This document shows positions 22,738 to 29,741 of a stretch of 33,689 nucleotides of DNA, in pieces. The translations under genes and the position numbers were made by a program. The notes under the pieces were generated by a model. The model made no database searches and was not told where the DNA came from. It saw only the letters and a list, made by a program, of their open reading frames with translations. Each line of letters opens with the position of its first letter. The first letter of the stretch is position 1. The DNA lies in contig CAZDMM010000003.1 in NCBI GenBank assembly GCA_964505845.1, positions 2,139 to 35,827 on the forward strand, read 5' to 3'. The DNA is from an uncultured Caldilineaceae bacterium (GTDB lineage Bacteria > Chloroflexota > Anaerolineae > 4572-78 > J111).

Positions 22738-23337
22738 CTATGGCTTGAAGATGACCGGCAAAAAAATCTGGCGCACCCTGCCCACCAACTCGCCATGGCT
22801 ATCAAACATAGGTAGTTTGGCCATGAAGGTGGGAGTAATAGCGCCGGGTTGGAGGAGTTGAGCGGTGCAAATCACCTGGGTATGCTCTTTGACCAGCACC
22901 CGGCCCGACCCCTGCTCGATGCCGGCCGTGTTCAACGGAAATTCGGTAAACAGGGTCGCTTGGGTGGAATAGGTGCCTGTCTCGTGGGCCGACAAAATGT
23001 CGGTGAAGGGCGACGCCAACGCCGACCCTCCCCCACTCTGAAAAAATTGCACCTCCACCGTCACCGCCGTCAACCCAAAGTTGGTGCAGTGAACCGAGGT
23101 CGCTATCTGATCCTCCCCCGTGCTGTCGTTGGCTACCCCCGTGAACATATACAACACCGTAAAGCCCGGCGACGGCGCATCCCCCAACCCTGACCCTTCC
23201 AGACTGCGCTGCTCTGCCGCCACCCCCTCTTCCCCGCTCTCTCGCCCCGGCCCCTGCGCCAACACCACAGCCAGGCTTACCACCAGCCCCAATCCCAAAG
23301 CCAGACCCAACGTGACAACCGTTTTTATCCTCCGCAT
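22738..23337 (-). CDS. Small secreted protein of unknown function (full-length copy)
   Basis: ATG at 23337 (MRRIKTVVTLGLALGLGLVVSLAVVLAQG) with GGAG 8 nt upstream. Signal peptide, beta-rich body with 2 Cys, and C-terminus ...RQIFLPVIFKP. No family recognised. Confidence 0.65.
   Translation of the reverse strand: MRRIKTVVTLGLALGLGLVVSLAVVLAQGPGRESGEEGVAAEQRSLEGSGLGDAPSPGFTVLYMFTGVANDSTGEDQIATSVHCTNFGLTAVTVEVQFFQSGGGSALASPFTDILSAHETGTYSTQATLFTEFPLNTAGIEQGSGRVLVKEHTQVICTAQLLQPGAITPTFMAKLPMFDSHGELVGRVRQIFLPVIFKP
22826..23320. repeat. Copy 1 of a 495-bp exact tandem duplication (period 584 bp)
   Basis: ORF translations in all three frames are identical between the copies, and the junction bases were checked by hand (identity 22826-23320 = 23410-23904). 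Confidence 0.85.
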
Positions 23338-23378
23338 CAAACCATCTCCGGCAGGCCAGCCTACTTTTCAGACAGTTT

Positions 23379-23918
23379 TTAAGGCTTGTACATTTCCAAC
23401 TCTGAGACAAAGGTGGGAGTAATAGCGCCGGGTTGGAGGAGTTGAGCGGTGCAAATCACCTGGGTATGCTCTTTGACCAGCACCCGGCCCGACCCCTGCT
23501 CGATGCCGGCCGTGTTCAACGGAAATTCGGTAAACAGGGTCGCTTGGGTGGAATAGGTGCCTGTCTCGTGGGCCGACAAAATGTCGGTGAAGGGCGACGC
23601 CAACGCCGACCCTCCCCCACTCTGAAAAAATTGCACCTCCACCGTCACCGCCGTCAACCCAAAGTTGGTGCAGTGAACCGAGGTCGCTATCTGATCCTCC
23701 CCCGTGCTGTCGTTGGCTACCCCCGTGAACATATACAACACCGTAAAGCCCGGCGACGGCGCATCCCCCAACCCTGACCCTTCCAGACTGCGCTGCTCTG
23801 CCGCCACCCCCTCTTCCCCGCTCTCTCGCCCCGGCCCCTGCGCCAACACCACAGCCAGGCTTACCACCAGCCCCAATCCCAAAGCCAGACCCAACGTGAC
23901 AACCAGCTTCTTTTGCAT
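23379..23918 (-). CDS. C-terminally truncated paralog of the small secreted protein (possible duplication remnant or pseudogene)
   Basis: It has its own ATG at 23918 with AAGGAGG upstream and a different N-terminus (MQKKLVV). It is identical to the full-length copy through ...AITPTF, then diverges to VSELEMYKP-stop at the duplication junction and lacks the last 28 aa. Confidence 0.5.
   Translation of the reverse strand: MQKKLVVTLGLALGLGLVVSLAVVLAQGPGRESGEEGVAAEQRSLEGSGLGDAPSPGFTVLYMFTGVANDSTGEDQIATSVHCTNFGLTAVTVEVQFFQSGGGSALASPFTDILSAHETGTYSTQATLFTEFPLNTAGIEQGSGRVLVKEHTQVICTAQLLQPGAITPTFVSELEMYKP
23410..23904. repeat. Copy 2 of the 495-bp exact tandem duplication
   Basis: See 22826-23320. 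Confidence 0.85.
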
Positions 23919-23945
23919 GCGCTTCCTGCCTCCTTTCGCCGCAGC

Positions 23946-24503
23946 TTACCGCCATGACCAGCAGCCGGCCTTAACCCGGCGCCGCAGCGCCGCTGCCAGC
24001 CCCACCAGGCAGACAAGCCCCAACCCGGCCGCCAGCCAGCCGAGCGACCTGGCCCTGGCCCTGCCGGGGATTGTGGCCGGGGTTGAAACCTGGTTGGCGT
24101 CAGCCCGGCCTACGGAAAAGCTAAATTCACCGGCGGTGGTATCGCCATCATCGGCGCTGACGGCCGTCCAGAGGACCCGGTAAGCGCCGGTGGGCAGCGC
24201 AGCCGGCAGGGTAACTTGCATGGAGGCATGCGCCGGGTCACTAAGGTCCACCTCGCCATCGCCGTTATCAACCGGCTGCCCGCCGGCATCCACCACTTGC
24301 AGCGCGCTCAGATGGGTGTCAAGCTCCTGGCTAAACCAGGCTGTTACCTGCCTGGGTGGTTGAGCCAACACGGCTTCATTTTCAGGCATGGATTTGAGCA
24401 GCAGCGCATGAGCGGCGGCTGCGGCCGCCAGCCACAGGCAGGCCAACCCACTCACCAGAAGGAAGGCCAGCCGGGCCGCGGCAGAACCTTGAGGCCGTCT
24501 CAT
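23946..24503 (-). CDS. copC: CopC-domain protein with a C-terminal transmembrane anchor
   Basis: The signal peptide ends AAAAA|HALLLKSMPEN, giving an N-terminal His as in CopC/YobA. Body VLWTAVSADDGDTTAGEFSFSV. C-terminal hydrophobic segment LGWLAAGLGLVCLVGLAAAL followed by RRR. Confidence 0.75.
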   Translation of the reverse strand: MRRPQGSAAARLAFLLVSGLACLWLAAAAAAHALLLKSMPENEAVLAQPPRQVTAWFSQELDTHLSALQVVDAGGQPVDNGDGEVDLSDPAHASMQVTLPAALPTGAYRVLWTAVSADDGDTTAGEFSFSVGRADANQVSTPATIPGRARARSLGWLAAGLGLVCLVGLAAALRRRVKAGCWSWR

Positions 24504-24506
24504 AGA

Positions 24507-25013
24507 CTACTGCACCGGCACGTGCTCAAGGCGCGCTGCGCCAACCCGCACTGTGACCAGATCCCCCGGCCTGATCACCCCACCCTCGTTGACCAGGATT
24601 TCATTGTAAATGACGCCGGCCTTAAGCTGGCTCTTGGAGGAGTGATCGTGAAAGGGCCGGTCAACAATCCGCCCGGTGGCCTCGTTCATCAAGGCAGGCG
24701 GGGTTTTGGTGTCATGCACAATCACGGCTTTGTCCGGGTCTACCACCCGGTAGCGCATATCAATCATCCCACCCCCGGCGGTGCTGCTGACGCGAATGAG
24801 GCGCAGGCCGGTTTCAGCGGTAAAGAGGGTTTGCGAGAGGCCCTGCAGCGGGTCATGCGCCGCTGCATCATGCCTGAAGCTAACCAGGCTGGGCCAGGTC
24901 AGGATCATGCCGATGATCAACCCGGTCAGGCAGAAGATTGCGCCTGCCAGGCCGATTAAACCCCACAAGTCGCGGGGCGGCTCAGAGGGCTTGGTAAAAG
25001 TATTCGAGGCCAT
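24507..25013 (-). CDS. Membrane-anchored hypothetical protein
   Basis: 168 aa. GGAGG lies 6 nt upstream of the ATG. One N-terminal TM (LWGLIGLAGAIFCLTGLIIGMIL), then an extracytoplasmic domain of about 120 aa. The stop is 3 nt before the CopC start. Confidence 0.6.
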   Translation of the reverse strand: MASNTFTKPSEPPRDLWGLIGLAGAIFCLTGLIIGMILTWPSLVSFRHDAAAHDPLQGLSQTLFTAETGLRLIRVSSTAGGGMIDMRYRVVDPDKAVIVHDTKTPPALMNEATGRIVDRPFHDHSSKSQLKAGVIYNEILVNEGGVIRPGDLVTVRVGAARLEHVPVQ

Positions 25014-25058
25014 GATTTACCTCCATACGATTTAGGGCTGACGCCGTGAAGCTTAATA

Positions 25059-26873
25059 TCAGGGCCGGGCAATGGTGATGCTGGTACCGTTGCTGGCCTG
25101 GGTTCCGCTGTCGGGGTCGTGGTTGTTGGCCGGCATGTATGGCCCGGCCCCGGCTGCGCCGGTAACACCGCTGACCGTGAAGGTGACGCTGGCGACAGAG
25201 TCAGGAAACCCTCTGGTGATCAAGCATGTCCCGCCGGACGATGTGCCAAAGGCGCAGGTGTTTAAGATGGCGGTTCCCCCCGGACTCCACGCGCCGGCCG
25301 GAACTGCCCCGGCGACAGGGCCATGCGTTGCGTTGTCAACCCGGATGACCACGGTAGCAAACCAGCCAATGAGGGGAGGGTTGCTGGCGGATTGGTCCAG
25401 ATCGCCAATGTGTTTGTTAGGGGCCGGATTAACGGTAGTGCTCTGGCTGGCGCTCTCATTGCCGGGGCTTGGATCGCCGGTGGTAGAGACAACACTGGCG
25501 GTGTTAGACAAGGAGCCGGCCGCGCCGGGAGTGACCACAATGGTAACGGTGGCGCTGCCGGGGAAGGGGATGCTCCCCAGGTTACAGGTGATGGTGGTAT
25601 CGCAGGAACCTTGAGAGGGCGTTGCCGAAACCAGCGTGACCCCGCCGGGCAGGGTATTGGATAAGACCACATTATCGGCCTGGTCAGGCCCGTTGTTGGT
25701 AACAGTGACCAGGTAAGTCACATTCGTTCCGGCCGTCGCCGGGTCGGGCGAGTCGGTCATGGCAACGGCCAGGTCGGCCTGGGCCGGCGGTGTGGCCACG
25801 CCGGTCGCCGTTAAAAAGGTCAACATGCCCCCGCCGGGAAAGTAATGCCCGGGGCCGGGGCTGCCGTTGGTAAGATGAAGCTGGCGGTTGAAGAGGGGAA
25901 AGTTGCCGGCGGCGGTGGGGCTGATGAGCACGTCGGTGGTGTGACCGGAGGGAATGGTCTCGGCGACGGCGTCAAAAGCCTGCCCGCTGCCCAGAAAATC
26001 TGCATCTCTGGCAATAACCCGCTGATACTCGCCAAGCAGCAGCATGGTGTGGTGGGTACCCCCGGCGTTCAGATAACGCACCAGGATGGTATTCTGGCCC
26101 GCGCTCAGGTCGGCGTTGATGGCCGAGGAGTAAGGCTGCGAGGCGCCGGGAGCGTCGGGGTCAAGCACATCGGGGTTGGCGTTGCTGCCGGCCGGGCCGC
26201 CAAAGGCCCGCCCGTTGAGCAGCCAGTAGGTGGGGTTGTAATCCAGCAGGTTAAAACCAGACGGGTCGGCGTTTAGGGCTGGGTCAAGCTCGCTCAGCAC
26301 CAGCACTTGCTCCACATCGTAGGCGGTTGAGGCGTCATCATAAGCCTGACCTGGCGCAGCCGGGTCAACCATGAAAGCGCCGTACAGGCCCATTGCCGTC
26401 TGCGGCTGGTCAGACGTGCCGCTTTCATACAGGTAAGTGCCGGCCGCTACATTATTAAACTGGTAGGTTACGGTATCGCCGGGGTTGGCTTCTTGGGTAA
26501 AAGTACCGGCCGATCCGCCGCTGACCCCGCTGAGCACCTGCCCCGGCAGGCTGAAGGAGGTTGGGACCGGCAGATTGTTGTGCAGGATAATGGTGACATC
26601 ATCGCCGGCGTTAACCCGCAGTTCAGGGCCGGGCAGTTGGGCCGGCAGGGAGCAGTCGTTGCTGGTGGAGATGGGGGCAAAGCCCCAAATGGGCACGGAG
26701 AGGCCATCGGGCATGGTGACGCTGCCCACGTTGGCGCACAGTTCCAGGGTAACAGCGGCTGCAGCCGGAGCCGCGGCCAGGGCCGGGGCGCTGTTGAGCG
26801 AGGCGGCCCACACAAGCGCCGCCAGCAGCGGAACGAAACCCAATCCGGTGATTCTACTCTTTCTTGTCAGCAT
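25059..26873 (-). CDS. Two-domain cupredoxin (multicopper-oxidase-like) protein A lacking canonical copper ligands, fused to a DUF11 repeat and a further C-terminal beta domain
   Basis: ATG at 26873 (MLTRKSRITG...) preferred because AAGGAG lies 9 nt upstream; the ORF track starts at 26894. Sec-type signal. Paralogous to B (GTYLYESGT, LYGAFMV), but the His motifs are replaced (SFSLPG, YLYESG, HHTMLLLG). DUF11-like LVTVTNNGPDQADNVVLSNTLPGGVTLVSATPSQGSC. Confidence 0.7.
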   Translation of the reverse strand: MLTRKSRITGLGFVPLLAALVWAASLNSAPALAAAPAAAAVTLELCANVGSVTMPDGLSVPIWGFAPISTSNDCSLPAQLPGPELRVNAGDDVTIILHNNLPVPTSFSLPGQVLSGVSGGSAGTFTQEANPGDTVTYQFNNVAAGTYLYESGTSDQPQTAMGLYGAFMVDPAAPGQAYDDASTAYDVEQVLVLSELDPALNADPSGFNLLDYNPTYWLLNGRAFGGPAGSNANPDVLDPDAPGASQPYSSAINADLSAGQNTILVRYLNAGGTHHTMLLLGEYQRVIARDADFLGSGQAFDAVAETIPSGHTTDVLISPTAAGNFPLFNRQLHLTNGSPGPGHYFPGGGMLTFLTATGVATPPAQADLAVAMTDSPDPATAGTNVTYLVTVTNNGPDQADNVVLSNTLPGGVTLVSATPSQGSCDTTITCNLGSIPFPGSATVTIVVTPGAAGSLSNTASVVSTTGDPSPGNESASQSTTVNPAPNKHIGDLDQSASNPPLIGWFATVVIRVDNATHGPVAGAVPAGAWSPGGTAILNTCAFGTSSGGTCLITRGFPDSVASVTFTVSGVTGAAGAGPYMPANNHDPDSGTQASNGTSITIARP

Positions 26874-26912
26874 AGTCTGTATCTCCTTCTGCATAGGGAT
26901 CGTTCCCGGCGT

Positions 26913-28196
26913 TTATTGACCACAGCTTCCCGGCGGGTCAACCCTAACCAGGGTTGCCAGGCCGCCAAAGCCTTCGTCAAAGTTTTGAAACTCGTTGAGG
27001 GCGTGGCTGTGCCAGGGAAAGTAGAACTCACCGCACTCGTTGAGCAGGGTATTGCCGGGTGGAAAATCGGCCTGCACGCCCAGGTCGGGGTCGCCGCTGA
27101 ACCAGGTTAACCCATCTTTGAAGACCAGGTTCAGCAAACCCGGATAAGTGACCTGGTCTCTAATCCGGGGAGGATTGCCGTTAGCGCCCCATTGTTCCAC
27201 ATTGATCCAGCGAAAGAGCAAATCATAGGTTTGGCCCGCGCCGATGGTGGTGCTGAAATTTTCATAGGGCAGGCTTAACAGCCGGCCATCCCGGCCGATG
27301 ACCCGCATGTGGTTGCCGTGCGGGTGAAAGGGGTGGTTCTCCAGGCCGGCGTTGATATAGCGAATGAGGGCAGGGCGGCCCAAATTGTTGGGGTCAACAT
27401 CTGCCTTCACCTCCACCAAGGCTCCGTAAGGTTGGTGGGGCAGCCAGGGTGCATGATTGGGGGCGATAGAATCGGGGAAGGAGCGCCCGTTGACGGTCCA
27501 GTAGTGGTCTTTGCGGTGGGTCACATCAAAGGTTTGGTTTCGCTCCACGGCCTGATGCAGGGCCGGGTCCAAATCGTGGATCAGCAGCAAAAATTCTCGC
27601 CCCGGTTCAAACTCGGTGGAGGCGTTGTTGTAGGCAAAGTTAGCCCCCATGGCCGGGCGCACAATTAAAGCGCCGTACAGGCCCATCTCTACCTGCTTGT
27701 GGGGATCGGTGCCGCTTTCATAAAGATAGGTGCCCGGCCGGTTGGCGGTAAAGGTGTAGCTGGCCGAGCCACCGGCGGCGTTAGCCTCGGCGGTAAAAAG
27801 CCCGGCGGCATCGCCGCTGGCTGTAACCCCGATTTGCCCCGGAAAAATAATGGAGGTGGCTTCGGGCAGGTGGTTGGTGAGGTTGATGGTGACGGTATCG
27901 CCTTCATTGACGCACAACACCGGGCTGGGCACCTGAAAATTTCCCCCGGCATCGCTGTTGGCAAATGTCCACATAAAGAGGCTGTTGCCGTCGGGGGTTT
28001 GCATGTGGCCGGTTTGGGTTTCAAGGTTAAAGGTAGGGCCGGTGGTGCAGATGTCGGACAGGGTGGCCGGGGCAGCCGCCGGAGCCAGCCGGGTCCGGCC
28101 GGCGGCCAGAGCGGGCCAGAGCGTTACGCCCAGCACGCCGATGAGCAGCACCAAGCCCAACCTGACTTTTTTAAGGCGCATCTTATGAAGCATCAT
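26913..28196 (-). CDS. Two-domain multicopper-oxidase-like protein B: domain 1 has no ligands; domain 2 has HPFHPHG and HSH (T1 Cys replaced by Ser)
   Basis: 427 aa. Sec-type signal. AAGGAG upstream; start is 28196 or 28193. Motifs and their codons verified on the sequence (27318-27335; 27003-27011). Confidence 0.75.
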   Translation of the reverse strand: MMLHKMRLKKVRLGLVLLIGVLGVTLWPALAAGRTRLAPAAAPATLSDICTTGPTFNLETQTGHMQTPDGNSLFMWTFANSDAGGNFQVPSPVLCVNEGDTVTINLTNHLPEATSIIFPGQIGVTASGDAAGLFTAEANAAGGSASYTFTANRPGTYLYESGTDPHKQVEMGLYGALIVRPAMGANFAYNNASTEFEPGREFLLLIHDLDPALHQAVERNQTFDVTHRKDHYWTVNGRSFPDSIAPNHAPWLPHQPYGALVEVKADVDPNNLGRPALIRYINAGLENHPFHPHGNHMRVIGRDGRLLSLPYENFSTTIGAGQTYDLLFRWINVEQWGANGNPPRIRDQVTYPGLLNLVFKDGLTWFSGDPDLGVQADFPPGNTLLNECGEFYFPWHSHALNEFQNFDEGFGGLATLVRVDPPGSCGQ

Positions 28197-28231
28197 CTTT
28201 CTCCTTTCAGTGAGATTCAGCTAACTCGGCG

Positions 28232-29608
28232 TTATGGGCGCGTCCGCCCAAAGGTTTGATTGGGCCTGGTTTGCGGGGCAAGCGTGTCTGCGCCCTGGTA
28301 CACCCGCACCTGGGTAATCTGGCCGCCCAGGGCCACGGCATTGCCATCAATATCTTCCAGAGACCCCGCCTGGGCCAGGTTATCGTTTTCAACTGCGCCG
28401 TTGACCAGCCGCTGGGGGTGATGGTTTTTGAACCAGTACACGTTGTAAGGCCCGTTGCTGTCGCTGCCTCCCGGCAAGCTGGAATTATAGCCCGGCGCTT
28501 CAAACAGAATATCGCGGGCCTCACCCGGCCCAATGTAAATGGTGTGGGTTTGGTAGGCCAGCGGGCCTAAGAAGGTAGCATCGTGGCCGACCACCCTCAT
28601 GTGCAAACCCTGCATTTGCATAGTTTGCTGCTCGTAGCCCAAGTTAGCCATGCGCAGCAAAATGGTCTCGCCCTCGTTGGCCTGGATCAGCGAGGAGACC
28701 GGCTGCCGGCCTGCCAGCTCGGTGCCAACAATGTCATCGTCGGTTAAGAGCGTATCGGGGTAAGAGCGGCTGTTGATCACCCAGTAGTTGGGGTCGTAGT
28801 TAGACCAGACAAACTCTTGCACGTTGATCAGATTATCGTGCGGGGTGGTATCAATTTCATTCAGCAGCAGGGTGTACTCCCGGTCAAAGGCGGTGCTGCC
28901 GTCGGCATAAGCCTGGTTGGGCGCACCGGCCGGCCGGATAAAAACAATGCCATCCATGCCCATCTGCACATGCTCCGAGTCTTCAAAGTGGCAGTGGTAC
29001 ATGTAAGTGCCCGGCACTTTGGGCCGGAAGAAGTAAGGAAATTCGCGGGACGGGGGTACGGCAATAGACACTTCCGGCACCCCGTCAAAAACGGCGTTGG
29101 GGTTGCGGAAACCGTGCCAGTGGATGGTGTGGGAGTCATCCAGGTCTGGCCGCCCCACCAGGCCGGCGTTGAGCACGGTAATGTACAGGGTGTCGTTCTC
29201 GTTCACCCCGATAATAGGGGCCGGGCCTCGCACTTTGCCTTTAACCCGATTAATGGCCTCGGCAATAGTATCTGACAGCGGTACCTCCACAAAGCCAAAA
29301 GCATACAAACCATTATGCTCATCCGGTGTGGCAAAGGGATCACCCCCGGTGTTGCCGGGGTCAGGAAAAATGCGCCGGCCCGGCAAAGAGATGTAACCGT
29401 CGGTGGCCGCCAGGCGCAAATTAAGCGTGGCGGCGGCCGGCCGGGCCGGGGGGAGCGCCGGCCCGGCCATGCCGGCCGGCCGGGCCAGGGCGGCCTGAGC
29501 GGGCGGCAGGTGGCTCATGGCCGACAGGACAGCCAGCAGCGTCCCTTTGGCCCCCAATTTAAGAAAGTCGCGCCGGCTAAATCTGCGAGGGGTAAATTTC
29601 TCAGTCAT
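28232..29608 (-). CDS. Tat-exported two-domain multicopper-oxidase-like protein C: domain 1 has HTIHWHG and HCHx5Hx4M; the domain 2 His motif is replaced by QTMQMQG
   Basis: 458 aa. AGGAGG upstream of the ATG. Twin-arginine signal SRRDFLKLG. Motif codons verified on the sequence (29114-29131; 28955-28996; 28610-28627). Confidence 0.8.
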   Translation of the reverse strand: MTEKFTPRRFSRRDFLKLGAKGTLLAVLSAMSHLPPAQAALARPAGMAGPALPPARPAAATLNLRLAATDGYISLPGRRIFPDPGNTGGDPFATPDEHNGLYAFGFVEVPLSDTIAEAINRVKGKVRGPAPIIGVNENDTLYITVLNAGLVGRPDLDDSHTIHWHGFRNPNAVFDGVPEVSIAVPPSREFPYFFRPKVPGTYMYHCHFEDSEHVQMGMDGIVFIRPAGAPNQAYADGSTAFDREYTLLLNEIDTTPHDNLINVQEFVWSNYDPNYWVINSRSYPDTLLTDDDIVGTELAGRQPVSSLIQANEGETILLRMANLGYEQQTMQMQGLHMRVVGHDATFLGPLAYQTHTIYIGPGEARDILFEAPGYNSSLPGGSDSNGPYNVYWFKNHHPQRLVNGAVENDNLAQAGSLEDIDGNAVALGGQITQVRVYQGADTLAPQTRPNQTFGRTRP

Positions 29609-29651
29609 CGTAAGCTTCCTCCTGTAGCTGCTTGTTTAGAGCGACCATTTG

Positions 29652-29692
29652 CCCTCCCCCGTCCCCGCCCCTGAAGGGGCAGGGGGGAGAGG
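29652..29692. repeat. GC-rich imperfect hairpin (CCCTCCCCCGTCCCCGCCCC TGAA GGGGCAGGGGGGAGAGG) downstream of the giant gene
   Basis: Core GCCCC-TGAA-GGGGC extended by C-run/G-run pairing with bulges. There is no adjacent U-tract on the minus strand, so a terminator role is unproven. Confidence 0.4.
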
Positions 29693-29741
29693 TAAGCCTC
29701 GCTTAAGTCCCTATCCAGAGACCTCTGTAGGTGGATAGGCT

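Noticed and set aside
22802-23955. Alternative-frame ORFs of 202 and 195 aa (G/R-rich) across the tandem duplication
   Set aside because: They are duplicated only because the DNA is duplicated. The composition is shadow-like, and the signal-peptide-bearing frame is the plausible coding frame.
20413-29608. Reading the region as a classical cop/pco copper-resistance operon
   Set aside because: No P-type ATPase, CopB/PcoB, CusCBA or copper-sensing regulator is present in the window. The oxidase-like proteins are two-domain paralogs with incomplete ligand sets rather than a CopA/PcoA-type three-domain oxidase. CopC-CopD fusions are associated with uptake.
29652-29692. Rho-independent terminator after the giant gene
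   Set aside because: A GC-rich hairpin is present, but pairing is ambiguous because of sliding C/G runs and there is no U-tract on the transcribed (minus) strand. It is kept only as a hairpin repeat feature.
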